From the NCBI GenBank assembly GCA_045532675.1, contig JAZSGJ010000101.1, forward strand, positions 1-55,730: a stretch of 55,730 nt of DNA, written 5' to 3'. This DNA comes from Eubacteriales bacterium (GTDB taxonomy: Bacteria > Bacillota > Clostridia > Oscillospirales > CAG-272). The position numbers and the translations under genes were made by a program. Below are positions 1-9,449 of the stretch, piece by piece (the stretch's first letter is position 1; each line of letters starts with the position of its first letter). The notes beneath the pieces were generated by a model. The model worked only from the letters and a program-made list of their open reading frames with translations, searched no databases and was not told the origin of the DNA.

Positions 1-95
1 TTCGTAGTTCAGTATTAGATTCATTGCAGAGCTTCGTTACTTTCAACTCATTCGGTTTTCTGTGAGTATATACTAATGCTCTTTATATATTTCGG

Positions 96-124
96 AGTCT
101 CGCATTAGCGAGGCTTTTTGTTTT
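96..124 (+). terminator. Rho-independent terminator of an upstream + strand gene
   Basis: Stem AGTCTCGC / GCGAGGCT (one G-U pair), loop ATTA, followed by a T-run. Confidence 0.5.
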
Positions 125-127
125 ATA

Positions 128-156
128 TTGACTTTTTATAAGTAATATATTATAAT
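128..156 (+). promoter_or_regulatory. Sigma-70-like promoter of the WYL regulator gene
   Basis: TTGACT (128-133), 17-nt spacer, TATAAT (151-156). Confidence 0.45.
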
Positions 157-197
157 ATTTAAAGTACATATTATCGTACATTATTTTGAGGTGGAGT

Positions 198-1184
198 ATG
201 GCGAAAAGGGAAAATCAAAAGCAAAAGCTATTCAGGTTGCTTGAAATTTTAATGAGAGAAACCGATGATGAGCACGGACTTTCAATGAGTGATATAATTT
301 CAAGACTTAGAGAATATGGAATATCATCGGAAAGGAAAAGTATATACGATGATTTTATTACGCTTGAGGAACTTGGATTCTACGTCTCTCATACTCCAAC
401 AAAGCCTCCGCTATACAAGCTTGACAACAAGATATTTGAACTTGCAGAGCTAAAAATGCTCGTTGATGCGGTTCAATCGTCTAAATTTATTACAGCCAAG
501 AAAAGTCGGGAAATAATAGAAAAGCTCGATTTATTTGCAGGCGCACATAAATCAAGGGAGCTATCAAGGCAGGTGTACGTTGAAGACAGAATCAAAACGG
601 TTAATCCGTCAACAATTTACAGCATTGATTCGATTCATAATGCTATAAACGATGATAAAAAGCTTAGGTTTAAATATTTTGATTATGACGGTGAAAAAAA
701 CAAAGTGTTAAGAAACAATGGAAATCCTTATACCGTTAGTCCATGTGCGCTGCTGTGGGATGATGAAAAATACTATTTGGTGGCGTATGATGAAGATGCA
801 GAAATAATAAAGAATTTCAGAGTGGATAAAATGCTTGATACCACTGTCATGACTCAGGGCCGAAAGCATGGAGGCGCGCTTGATTATTTTAATCCGGCGG
901 ACTATTCGAAAAAGATATTCGGTATGTATGGCGGCAGGGAAGAGCTCGTGACAATAGAGTGCCGAGAAAAGCTTGCAGGGCCGATTATAGATAGATTTGG
1001 AACCGACCCCGTGTTTGCTAAAACTGATTTTGGATTCAAATTTTCTATAAGAATAATGGTCAGTCCGACTTTTTTTGCATGGGTGCTTGGATTCGGCGAG
1101 GATATGAGGATTGTTGGACCCGCAGATGTAAAACGCGAGTTTAAAGATGCACTAATAAAAATATCGGATAATTACAGAAATTGA
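198..1184 (+). CDS. WYL domain-containing transcriptional regulator (N-terminal wHTH, central WYL, C-terminal WCX-like region)
   Basis: The N-terminus KQKLFRLLEILMRETDDEHGLSMSDIISRL is HTH-like. The central LRFKYFDYD...YTVSPCALLWDDEKYYLVAY stretch is the typical WYL core. ATG 198 follows the RBS GAGGTGGAG, and the track ORF begins at TTG 186. Confidence 0.75.
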   Translation: MAKRENQKQKLFRLLEILMRETDDEHGLSMSDIISRLREYGISSERKSIYDDFITLEELGFYVSHTPTKPPLYKLDNKIFELAELKMLVDAVQSSKFITAKKSREIIEKLDLFAGAHKSRELSRQVYVEDRIKTVNPSTIYSIDSIHNAINDDKKLRFKYFDYDGEKNKVLRNNGNPYTVSPCALLWDDEKYYLVAYDEDAEIIKNFRVDKMLDTTVMTQGRKHGGALDYFNPADYSKKIFGMYGGREELVTIECREKLAGPIIDRFGTDPVFAKTDFGFKFSIRIMVSPTFFAWVLGFGEDMRIVGPADVKREFKDALIKISDNYRN

Positions 1185-1231
1185 CTGGAAATATCGAATA
1201 TGTAAATAGGAGTTTACAAAATATGAAATAA

Positions 1232-1400
1232 TATGACATAATTGCCTTTGAACTTGACGGAACATTAACAAATCCTGAGCGTGGACTTATAGCGTCGTTT
1301 GCATATGCTCTTGGAAAGATGGGCGTAAGTATGCAAGGTTTAAAACGGAAAACCTTTTTACACATATCAGTGGCAAGTGTTATAAAGTTTTGCATTGTAT
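1232..1400 (+). pseudogene. HAD-superfamily hydrolase N-terminal remnant
   Basis: The region reads ATG AAA TAA then YDIIAFELDGTLTNPERGLIASFAYALGKMGV. This matches the HAD motif I (DxDGTL) region, but the nucleophile Asp is replaced by Glu and an in-frame stop follows the start. The rest of the gene is missing. Confidence 0.45.
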
Positions 1401-1646
1401 ATGTCGGGGGCAGGTTTGCCTGCCTTATGATATAAAGTATTCTCCTTGCCTCTTTGCTATAAATTCTTCCTTTTTCGGTAAAAGTAATAGGATTTGCGGT
1501 TCTGTCAAATTTTTTGAATCCTAATTCATTTTCGAGTTTCGAAATAGATGCGTTGAGAGCCGCTGTGATATAAACAGAGTTTTAGCCGCTACAGAAAAAC
1601 TATGTTCTTTGTAGATTTTATACGCATATTTAGCTGAGAGTTCCAT
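1396..1646 (-). pseudogene. LysR-family regulator HTH-domain remnant (frameshifted and 3' truncated)
   Basis: The minus strand reads MELSAKYAYKIYKEHSFSVAAKTLFISQ. After a frame change it continues AALNASISKLENELGFKKFDRTANPITFTEKGRIYSKEARRIL, the LysR N-terminal signature. No effector-binding domain follows. Confidence 0.6.
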
Positions 1647-1756
1647 AGATATATAACCTTTCAGTTATGAAAAATATAACACTATCTATATTTGATTATT
1701 CTATAGATTTATGATATAATCAATAAGAATTAAAAACATTCTAGAATGGAGCCAAA

Positions 1757-2917
1757 ATGGAATCATACGTTATTAGGGCAAGAAGACAGTTTCATATGTA
1801 TCCGGAAATCGGATTTGACCTTTATAAAACTCTTGAGTTTATAAGAGGCGAGCTTGATAAGATGGGAGTTGAATATACCGAGAAGTACGGTAGGAGCAGT
1901 CTTGTTGCAACTGTAAATCCCGAAAAGTCGAGATTTACAATAGGAATAAGAGCGGATATGGACGCACTTCCGATAACTGAGCTTAACGACGTTTCTTACA
2001 AGTCGAGAATAGACGGTCAGATGCACGCATGCGGTCACGATGCGCACACAGCTATACTTCTTGACACCTGCAGAAGAATTAATGAAATGAAGGACAAAAT
2101 TACCTGTCGCGTTAAGTTTATATTCCAAGCAGCAGAGGAATATTCGCCGTCGGGCGCTAAGCTTATGGCGGATGACGGAGTCATGGACGACATTGACTGT
2201 ATAGTCGCGTTGCATATTGATACGGGATATAAAATCGGAGAGATAGGTCTTGCCGAAGGTCCTCAGAATGCGACGAGCGACGGATTTTACCTTGAGTTTT
2301 ACGGCAAGAGCGCGCATGCGGCAAATCAGCAGAAGGGTGTTGACGCTATAATGATGGCTGTTCGCGCGTATACCGATATAGAGTTTATGATAGCCAAGGA
2401 AATTAAGGCTAGCGATCCGATAATATTTAACGTTGGCGCGATAAACGGCGGCGTTACGAATAATATAATTTGTGACAAATGTACTATGTTCTGTACATTA
2501 AGAACACAGAAAGATGAGAATGCGGAATACATTATCGGTAAAATCAAAAAAATAATAGCAGGCGTTGCCGACAGTGCAGGCGGAGAGGCAAAATTTGTTG
2601 AAAGCAAGCATTATCCCATTGTTGTTAATGACCCGATTGTCACAGCGAAAATCGCTGCCGCTGCCGAAGCGGTAGTCGGAAAAGATAATCTTCTTCCCAA
2701 GAAGATTCGCGGAATGGGTGGAGAGGATTTCTCATATTTTGCAATGAAGAAGCCGGGATGCATGTTCCGTCTGGGTGTTACAAATAAAGAAAGGGGATTT
2801 GGCGGTATGCTCCATAACGGAAATCTTCTTATTGACGAGGATGCGCTTGAAGTTGGTGTTAATACCTTTGTTCAATTTGTTCTTGATAATATGAACGGAA
2901 TTGATTTTAATAAATAA
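1757..2917 (+). CDS. M20D-family amidohydrolase (N-acyl-amino acid amidohydrolase / hippurate hydrolase-like)
   Basis: 386-aa ORF with the metal-site motif HACGHDAHTA and overall aminoacylase-like layout. Confidence 0.85.
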   Translation: MESYVIRARRQFHMYPEIGFDLYKTLEFIRGELDKMGVEYTEKYGRSSLVATVNPEKSRFTIGIRADMDALPITELNDVSYKSRIDGQMHACGHDAHTAILLDTCRRINEMKDKITCRVKFIFQAAEEYSPSGAKLMADDGVMDDIDCIVALHIDTGYKIGEIGLAEGPQNATSDGFYLEFYGKSAHAANQQKGVDAIMMAVRAYTDIEFMIAKEIKASDPIIFNVGAINGGVTNNIICDKCTMFCTLRTQKDENAEYIIGKIKKIIAGVADSAGGEAKFVESKHYPIVVNDPIVTAKIAAAAEAVVGKDNLLPKKIRGMGGEDFSYFAMKKPGCMFRLGVTNKERGFGGMLHNGNLLIDEDALEVGVNTFVQFVLDNMNGIDFNK

Positions 2918-2946
2918 AATTACGTGTTTACATAATATGAATTATA

Positions 2947-2994
2947 AAAAAGATGAAATCAGTCCTTGAGCTTGGCTTGATTTCATCTTTTTTA
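2947..2994 (+). terminator. Rho-independent terminator
   Basis: Arms AAAAGATGAAATCA and TGATTTCATCTTTT, followed by a T-run. Confidence 0.6.
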
Positions 2995-3256
2995 TTGAAA
3001 AAGTTTTGTATTGTCTAAATTAATTTTGCTTTGAAAAGAATATTACACGGCTTTCAAGAGCAACTTCTTTCATTTTACTAAATATTCTGCTTCTTTCTTC
3101 ATTATAGCGTAGATAATCAGCAGTGTAATTTTCAAAAGTTTTTTGTAGTTTCTGTGCTTAATTATTTTATACGTAGTATAAGCAACACATGGCGCAACAA
3201 ATTATGTATTCAATGATTTTTACAACTTCGGGTAAAATAATCTTGAGGTGATTATA

Positions 3257-3490
3257 ATGTCTATTGAATATTTAAATTCGCAAATAGTCGGTGAAGTTAT
3301 ATCGTATTAGCGTAAGCGCAAGAAGGTTTCGCAAGAGGTTTTAAGTGGGCTTGCCGACATTGGAAGAACTCATCTGAGCGCTATAGAAAGAGGCGAGCGG
3401 AAGCCAACGCTTGAAACGCTGTATAGGATAAGTATGGCTCTTGAAATTAAAATGAGCAAAATAATGCTTGAAATTGAAAAAAGACTTTAA
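3257..3490 (+). pseudogene. XRE-family HTH regulator interrupted by an in-frame TAG at 3308-3310
   Basis: The RBS GAGGTG precedes ATG 3257. The frame reads MSIEYLNSQIVGEVISY, then a stop, then RKRKKVSQEVLSGLADIGRTHLSAIERGERKPTLETLYRISMALEIKM. The stop lies just before the HTH. Confidence 0.6.
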
Positions 3491-3494
3491 AAAC

Positions 3495-3532
3495 AGAAAG
3501 AGAAAACGAAAATTAATTCGTTCTCTCTTTCT
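3495..3532. terminator. Bidirectional terminator between the XRE remnant and rpmF
   Basis: 16-bp stem AGAAAGAGAAAACGAA / TTCGTTCTCTCTTTCT with one mismatch and loop AATTAA. It is flanked by an A-rich stretch upstream and a T-containing stretch downstream. Confidence 0.55.
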
Positions 3533-3569
3533 AACGCAAATTGCAACTTTGCTTATGTTAGCGTAGGAA

Positions 3570-3764
3570 TTATTTCGCTTCGCTGTTCTTTGCAACAACT
3601 TCTACTCCCTTGTAATAGCCGCAAGCCTTGCATACGCGATATGCAAGATTTACTTCGCCGCACTGAGGGCAAGCAACAAGGTTGGTGGGCTGTTCAAGCT
3701 TCCAAACGCTGGAACGTCTCTTCATTTTTCTCGAATGAGAAACCTTTCTCTTTGGTACTGCCAT
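3570..3764 (-). CDS. rpmF: 50S ribosomal protein L32
   Basis: MAVPKRKVSHSRKMKRRS at the N-terminus, plus the zinc ribbon CPQCG...CKACG. Confidence 0.95.
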   Translation of the reverse strand: MAVPKRKVSHSRKMKRRSSVWKLEQPTNLVACPQCGEVNLAYRVCKACGYYKGVEVVAKNSEAK

Positions 3765-3817
3765 TGTGATTACCTCCTAAAGCGAGTCTGCCGACAGGCA
3801 TTCTCTATATGTGTTTT

Positions 3818-4351
3818 TTATTTTTTCATTTGTTCAAGCAGCTTTTTGAGCGGTGCCATACGCGGATCAATTTCTTTTTCTACACATCCGCATTTACCTT
3901 CGTTCAAATTTTTGCCGCATCTTTGGCACAGACCCTTGCAATCCTCACGACATAGGAATCTAACAGGGAACTCCATTTCGAGCTGAGCGCGGAGCTGCTC
4001 GTCCATATCCAAAAATCCGTCTTCAATTATTGCGTAGTCATCAAGTTTATCCTCATCAAGACCGGAAAGCAAATTCCTCGGGGCGACGGTTTTCTCAAGG
4101 TCAAGGGAAAACGTGCCGCTTACCTCCGAAAGGCATCTTGCACACTCGGTAACATAATCTACCGACATGGAAAGAGTCATTCGCATATAACCGGCGGTGT
4201 TGGTAATTTCGCCCTTTACCTTCATGGGAGAAGGAAAACTTACACCGTAAAGAAAGCTTGCCGTATCCTCCGGATCAATATCGAGCATAAGTTCATAATC
4301 AAAAGACAAAAATCTGTCTCCGGCCAAAAGCGGTCTTAAATCAAGCTTCAC
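3818..4351 (-). CDS. yceD: YceD/DUF177 family protein (23S rRNA accumulation protein)
   Basis: 177-aa acidic protein with C-terminal CxxC...CxxC cysteines (CREDCKGLCQRCGKNLNEGKCGC). It sits in the conserved position directly upstream of rpmF, with a GTG start after GGAGGT. Confidence 0.8.
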   Translation of the reverse strand: MKLDLRPLLAGDRFLSFDYELMLDIDPEDTASFLYGVSFPSPMKVKGEITNTAGYMRMTLSMSVDYVTECARCLSEVSGTFSLDLEKTVAPRNLLSGLDEDKLDDYAIIEDGFLDMDEQLRAQLEMEFPVRFLCREDCKGLCQRCGKNLNEGKCGCVEKEIDPRMAPLKKLLEQMKK

Positions 4352-4435
4352 CCGATTACCTCCCCGCGCTATGGATAGTAGCGTTTTTTGACGTTTGGGT
4401 ACATTTTAGGCTATAATCCCAAAGACGTACACTAT

Positions 4436-4464
4436 ATTATATAACTTTCCCCATCTGTTGTCAA
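4436..4464 (-). promoter_or_regulatory. Candidate promoter of yceD-rpmF
   Basis: The minus strand has TTGACA (4464-4459), a 17-nt spacer and TATAAT (4441-4436). Confidence 0.45.
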
Positions 4465-4564
4465 GAGTTTTTTTGAAAAAACAAAAATAAAAGATGAAAA
4501 AATTTGTTTAGTTAAAAAAACAGTCTTTAAGTTGCCGTATAAATATTTATATTATAATATTATA

Positions 4565-4593
4565 TTGACATTTCAATTTGTGTGTTGTATAAT
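4565..4593 (+). promoter_or_regulatory. Candidate promoter of fhs
   Basis: TTGACA (4565-4570), 17-nt spacer, TATAAT (4588-4593). Confidence 0.55.
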
Positions 4594-4631
4594 TTATTCA
4601 TAACATTCGTTATTAAAAAGGAGAAAAACAT

Positions 4632-6305
4632 ATGCTCTCTGATATTGAAATAGCTCAGTCTGTTACCCCTAAAAATATTCTTGACATTGCAAGGGAAGCG
4701 GGGATAGACGAAAAGTATATCGAACAGTACGGAAGGGTAAAGGCTAAGATTGATCTTTCGTTGCTTGAGGATATGAAGGATAAAAAGGAGGGTAAGCTGA
4801 TTCTCGTTACCGCTATCACACCAACTCCTGCGGGAGAGGGAAAAACCACGACCACCATCGGCCTTGCCGATGGAATGCATAGGCTTGGTAAAAAGGTTTC
4901 TGTTGCTCTCCGTGAGCCTTCGCTCGGTCCCGTATTCGGAATTAAAGGCGGTGCTGCAGGCGGCGGATACGCGCAGGTTATTCCCATGGAGGATATAAAC
5001 CTTCATTTTACCGGAGATTTCCATGCAATAGGCGCGGCGAACAATCTTCTTGCCGCAATGATTGATAATCATATTTACCAGGGAAACGCGCTTAACATTG
5101 ATCCGAGAAGAATAACTTGGAAAAGATGCGTCGATATGAATGACCGGCAGTTAAGATTTGTTACAGACGGTCTTGGCGGACGTGTGAACGGAGTTCCTCG
5201 AGAGGACGGATACGATATAACCGTTGCATCCGAGATTATGGCGGTTCTCTGTCTTGCAAATTCTATTTCGGACCTTAAAGAAAGACTTTCACGCATAATA
5301 GTGGGATATACCTACGATGAGAAGCCAGTAACCGCAGGTGAGCTTAAAGCTGCCGGTGCTATGACAGCGCTTCTTAAGGATGCCTTGAAGCCAAATCTTG
5401 TGCAGACTCTTGAGGGGACACCTGCATTCGTTCACGGCGGACCGTTCGCAAACATAGCTCACGGTTGCAACTCTGTAATAGCGACAAAAACTGCTCTCAA
5501 AATGGGCGAGTATACTATAACCGAGGCTGGATTCGGCGCAGATCTCGGAGCTGAAAAGTTTCTTGATATTAAATGCCGTATGGCGGGCTTGATACCTTCA
5601 GCGGTGGTTCTTGTCGCTACAGTGCGCGCTCTTAAGATGCACGGAGGACTTGCTAAAACAGAGCTTGGAGAAGAGAATCTTACCGCTCTTGAAAATGGTA
5701 TTCCAAATCTGCTTCGCCATCTTTCAAATATCAAAAATGTATACAAGCTTCCGTGCGTTGTTGCTATCAACAGATTCCCGACGGACACAGATGCAGAGAT
5801 AGAATTTATAATTAAAAAGTGTCGCCGGATTGGTGTAAACGTCGTGCTTTCTACTGTATGGGCAGAGGGCGGAAAGGGTGGAGAGGCTCTTGCGCGCGAG
5901 GTTATAAGACTCTGTGAAGAGGAAAAGGGTGATTTCACCTTCGCATACGAGCCTGACGGTACGATTGAGGATAAGATTAACGCTCTCGTCAAGAAAATAT
6001 ACGGCGGAGACGGAATATCCGTTTTGCCCGCGGCGAAAAAGCAAATTGCAGCGCTTACCGCTCTCGGCTTTGACAAGCTTCCCGTATGTATGGCAAAAAC
6101 TCAGTATTCCTTCTCGGACGACCAGACGAAGCTTGGCGCACCTAACGGATTTACCGTGACGATTAAAAATGTAAAGGTTTCCGCAGGCGCAGGATTCGTT
6201 GTCGTTCTTACGGGGGATATTATGACAATGCCCGGACTTCCAAAACTTCCCGCGGCTGAAAAAATTGATGTTGACGCTGAGGGCAGAATCACGGGTCTGT
6301 TCTGA
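4632..6305 (+). CDS. fhs: Formate--tetrahydrofolate ligase
   Basis: 557 aa. The N-terminus is MLSDIEIAQ and the nucleotide loop [15 protein letters not shown] is present. Confidence 0.95.
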   Translation: MLSDIEIAQSVTPKNILDIAREAGIDEKYIEQYGRVKAKIDLSLLEDMKDKKEGKLILVTAITPTPAGEGKTTTTIGLADGMHRLGKKVSVALREPSLGPVFGIKGGAAGGGYAQVIPMEDINLHFTGDFHAIGAANNLLAAMIDNHIYQGNALNIDPRRITWKRCVDMNDRQLRFVTDGLGGRVNGVPREDGYDITVASEIMAVLCLANSISDLKERLSRIIVGYTYDEKPVTAGELKAAGAMTALLKDALKPNLVQTLEGTPAFVHGGPFANIAHGCNSVIATKTALKMGEYTITEAGFGADLGAEKFLDIKCRMAGLIPSAVVLVATVRALKMHGGLAKTELGEENLTALENGIPNLLRHLSNIKNVYKLPCVVAINRFPTDTDAEIEFIIKKCRRIGVNVVLSTVWAEGGKGGEALAREVIRLCEEEKGDFTFAYEPDGTIEDKINALVKKIYGGDGISVLPAAKKQIAALTALGFDKLPVCMAKTQYSFSDDQTKLGAPNGFTVTIKNVKVSAGAGFVVVLTGDIMTMPGLPKLPAAEKIDVDAEGRITGLF

Positions 6306-6313
6306 AAATACAA

Positions 6314-6366
6314 AACGCGGCAACAAGGCAACGCCGATTACGGTATAGCCCGTGTCGCGTTTTTTT
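6314..6366 (+). terminator. Candidate terminator after fhs
   Basis: Arms AACGCGGCA / TGTCGCGTT (one G-U pair) with a long loop, followed by TTTTTT. Confidence 0.4.
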
Positions 6367-6394
6367 AGACAAAATTAACTCTGTGAGGCAGAAA

Positions 6395-6961
6395 ATGAAA
6401 TTAATAATCGCTTCAAACAACAAGCATAAAATATATGAAATAAAAAAGATACTCGGAACTAAATTTGCAGAAATACTTTCACTTAAGGAAGCGGGAATCA
6501 CTCACGAAACGGTTGAAGACGGTTTAACGTTTTCTGAGAATGCTTTAAAAAAAGCAAAGGAAATTGCTGAGATATCCGGATGCGCGGCGCTTGCCGACGA
6601 TAGTGGGATATGCGTAGATGTTTTGGGCGGAGCCCCCGGCGTTTACAGTGCGCGTTTTTCGGGCGGCGGTGATGAGGAAAACAATAAGCTTCTTTTGAAA
6701 AAACTTGGAAATGAAGAAAATCGTAAGGCTCATTATACCTGTGCGATGGCGCTCGTTTATCCAGATGGAAGACGGATTATGTCAGAGGGGTACATGTACG
6801 GAGAAATAACTGATAATCCCCGAGGAGACAGAGGATTCGGATATGATCCGCTATTTATTCCGGCAGGCGAAAGCAGAACCGTTGCTGAAATGACCGACGA
6901 TGAAAAAAATGCTATAAGCCATAGGGCAAATGCTCTTGCAAAGCTTCTTTCAAAGCTTTGA
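6395..6961 (+). CDS. rdgB: XTP/dITP diphosphatase (non-canonical purine NTP pyrophosphatase)
   Basis: Motifs ASNNKHK, FGYDPLF and SHRANAL are present. ATG 6395 follows GAGG, and the track ORF begins at 6383. Confidence 0.9.
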   Translation: MKLIIASNNKHKIYEIKKILGTKFAEILSLKEAGITHETVEDGLTFSENALKKAKEIAEISGCAALADDSGICVDVLGGAPGVYSARFSGGGDEENNKLLLKKLGNEENRKAHYTCAMALVYPDGRRIMSEGYMYGEITDNPRGDRGFGYDPLFIPAGESRTVAEMTDDEKNAISHRANALAKLLSKL

Positions 6962-6976
6962 TTTTGGAGGCTTTTT

Positions 6977-7639
6977 ATGGCAACGGTATTAACAGTTATA
7001 GAAATTATAGGAGTACTGTCCTTTTCGATTTCGGGCGCGCTTATGGCGATTGATAAGGAAAACGATTTTTTCGGAGTAGTATTCCTTGCGATTATAACCT
7101 CGTTTGGCGGAGGAATGCTACGCGATATTTTTATAGGAAATACTCCGCCACTGTTCTTTAAGCTTTTTCATTTGATTATCATAAGCGTTATAACTTCAAC
7201 CGTGGTTTTTCTGCTTGCAACAATTTTTAAAAAACAGTACGTAAAACATGAGAATTTTGTTCAAAGCGTTAACAATTATCTTGATGCGGCAGGTCTCGGC
7301 GTTTTTGTTATTTCCGGTGCGAGAATATGTATGGAAGCGGGTTTTACGAATCCTTTTTTGATTATTATTATGGGGATGCTCAGCGGAACGGGTGGCAGCA
7401 TGATGCGCGATATAATAATGCGGGAGGTTCCCGCGCTTCTTCGGAAGCATATATATTTGATGGCGGCGCTCGCGGGAGCAACGATATATTATTTTCTAAT
7501 AAGATTCGGAGTTTCAGATGTTATTGCGGTACTGGTTGGTGCGATGTCAATAGTAGTTATAAGAATATTTGCTACCGTATTTAAATGGAATATGCCTAAG
7601 GCAATAGATTTCAAGAAGCTTGAAGAAGAAAATATGTAA
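6977..7639 (+). CDS. Trimeric intracellular cation channel family membrane protein (UPF0126, YadS/YicG-like)
   Basis: Two internal repeats, each with a glycine-rich motif (FGGGMLRD and GTGGSMMRD), and roughly 7 hydrophobic helices. Confidence 0.75.
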   Translation: MATVLTVIEIIGVLSFSISGALMAIDKENDFFGVVFLAIITSFGGGMLRDIFIGNTPPLFFKLFHLIIISVITSTVVFLLATIFKKQYVKHENFVQSVNNYLDAAGLGVFVISGARICMEAGFTNPFLIIIMGMLSGTGGSMMRDIIMREVPALLRKHIYLMAALAGATIYYFLIRFGVSDVIAVLVGAMSIVVIRIFATVFKWNMPKAIDFKKLEEENM

Positions 7640-7654
7640 ATTTTTTTCTTTTAC

Positions 7655-7683
7655 TTGACGAACACTTGTAAAAATATTATAAT
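7655..7683 (+). promoter_or_regulatory. Candidate promoter of the coiled-coil protein gene
   Basis: TTGACG (7655-7660), 17-nt spacer, TATAAT (7678-7683). Confidence 0.5.
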
Positions 7684-7733
7684 AATTATAAAGATATGAA
7701 ATTACCGCGTGTATGCGGAGAGAGAGGTGTAAC

Positions 7734-9449
7734 GTGGCGGAATTTGGCAAAACCGTATCTACGGCAGATAGCTTAAAAAAGAAGATTGCGGCTGGAAAGG
7801 CTATCGTCAAAAGTAAATATTCAAGTTGCAAAAGGGCAGCAAAGAGGCTTGTATCTTCACGTAATTATTTGAGCGAATCGCAATTGAAGAAAGAATCAAA
7901 AAGGACTTCGAGAGCCTCTGCCCGTTTTGCTGTTGCCGAAAACAGATACACTGCGGCTCTCAAATCGTATAAATCATGCCTTTCGCTTTACGATGAGCTT
8001 GTTGATGATGTTCTCAGACTTTATGACGAGCTTGTTATGACCGAAAACGTGAAGGGTGCAAAGAAAGCTCGTGTAGCGGCTGAAAAATTTGACACGCAAC
8101 AGAGTGTTCTTAAAGAAGTTCTCATGATGATAGTCAAGGATATTGATTTTGACGAATCCAATAAAAATGAAAATAACGAAGACAAAAATTCGGTAAAAGA
8201 AATGATACAAGCAGGCGAAACAGAGAATAAGGAAGACACGGCGCAGCCTAAAGTACCGCCACAACAACGGCAACAGACACCTCCGCCTCCCCCAAAAAAC
8301 AGCTATGCCAATTACGTGACGCCACCGTATTGTTTCCCGTCTGAGTATGCATACAGGTCCTACCAGCCACAAGGCATTAATATCGCTCCTGTCAGCATAG
8401 ATATTTCTTCTATTGTAGAGAATGCGGTTTCTGCCGCTATGGAGAAATTCAAAGCAGCTCTTGATAAGCGTATAGACGATAGTAATCTTGGCGAAGGGGT
8501 TTCCAACACGCAAGTAGGAACGGTGCCGGTTATATCCGAAAAGGTTGCGGTAATGGAAGAAAACGTAGCGGAAAATGAGCAATACATAATTGAAAAATTG
8601 GCATCTCTTACGGAAAATCTGCAGAAAATGTCAGACGAAATGACCGAGCTTAGCGCAGCTTATATGCAGCTTGCAAACAAGCAAAAGGATGCGGTTGAGC
8701 TTCAGCGCAGAATTAACGATATGCAAAGAGCTCTGTCACGTGAGCTTCAGGGGGTTCAGGCAACTCAGAAGGTAATAAATCAGGATCAGGCTGACGTTTC
8801 GGCAGCACAAGCTGAACTTACCGAGCATCAAAGAGCAAACGCAGAAAATCAGAAACTGATTTGTGAATCTCAGGAAGGTATTGCAGAATTAGAACAATCG
8901 GTAATTGAGAAACAGTCTACAATTGAGCAGTCAATGCGTGACGTGCTTGACTCGCAAAAGGAAATAATAGCCGCACAGCAGGCTGTAATGAATGCAAACT
9001 TAAAGAACGTTGACCTTCAGCGTGAGCTTGCAAAAAAGCAATCAGAGGTAACGAACTTGCAGAAAACCGTTATTTCGGAATATAAGCAGGTAACCCGTGC
9101 GCAGAAAAACATTGCCTCCAAAGCAAAAAGCCGCAAACCGGAAGAAAAAGAAATAGCTGAACGGCAACCTGTAATGACTGAAACGCTTGCGGAAGAAGCA
9201 AATGCGATAGTTGCAGAAATAGACGCATCCGCAGAAGACTTGAAGTCCAAGACCAATGGAGCAGCTTCAAGCAAGGCAACGGATGGAGAAGTTGCTTTTG
9301 AAGACACTCCCGAAAATGAAGCAGGTAAAAAGGCTGAGTACGAAGACGAACGACCTAAAGCGGAACAGGCGGAATCAAATGAAAAATCAATGCTTCACGA
9401 AGAGGGTAAGTTTGAAGACAAGAATGCAGATGATGCTTTTAAGGCATAA
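7734..9449 (+). CDS. Hypothetical coiled-coil protein with a proline/glutamine-rich linker and acidic tail
   Basis: Long ORF with an own promoter and the RBS GAGAGAGGTG before GTG 7734 (the track start is ATG 7713). No TM segment or signal peptide is visible. A PKVPPQQRQQTPPPPPK linker is followed by about 230 aa of heptad-like Q/E/K-rich sequence. Confidence 0.7.
   Translation: MAEFGKTVSTADSLKKKIAAGKAIVKSKYSSCKRAAKRLVSSRNYLSESQLKKESKRTSRASARFAVAENRYTAALKSYKSCLSLYDELVDDVLRLYDELVMTENVKGAKKARVAAEKFDTQQSVLKEVLMMIVKDIDFDESNKNENNEDKNSVKEMIQAGETENKEDTAQPKVPPQQRQQTPPPPPKNSYANYVTPPYCFPSEYAYRSYQPQGINIAPVSIDISSIVENAVSAAMEKFKAALDKRIDDSNLGEGVSNTQVGTVPVISEKVAVMEENVAENEQYIIEKLASLTENLQKMSDEMTELSAAYMQLANKQKDAVELQRRINDMQRALSRELQGVQATQKVINQDQADVSAAQAELTEHQRANAENQKLICESQEGIAELEQSVIEKQSTIEQSMRDVLDSQKEIIAAQQAVMNANLKNVDLQRELAKKQSEVTNLQKTVISEYKQVTRAQKNIASKAKSRKPEEKEIAERQPVMTETLAEEANAIVAEIDASAEDLKSKTNGAASSKATDGEVAFEDTPENEAGKKAEYEDERPKAEQAESNEKSMLHEEGKFEDKNADDAFKA

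Noticed and set aside
3308-3310. In-frame TAG as possible pyrrolysine or read-through codon
   Set aside because: The gene is an ordinary XRE regulator, not a methylamine methyltransferase. TAG is used as a normal stop elsewhere in the window (e.g. 15617-15619), and no pyl genes are visible.
5459-6331. Several 76-205-aa minus-strand ORFs inside fhs
   Set aside because: All are antisense to the complete fhs frame and none has a recognisable motif.
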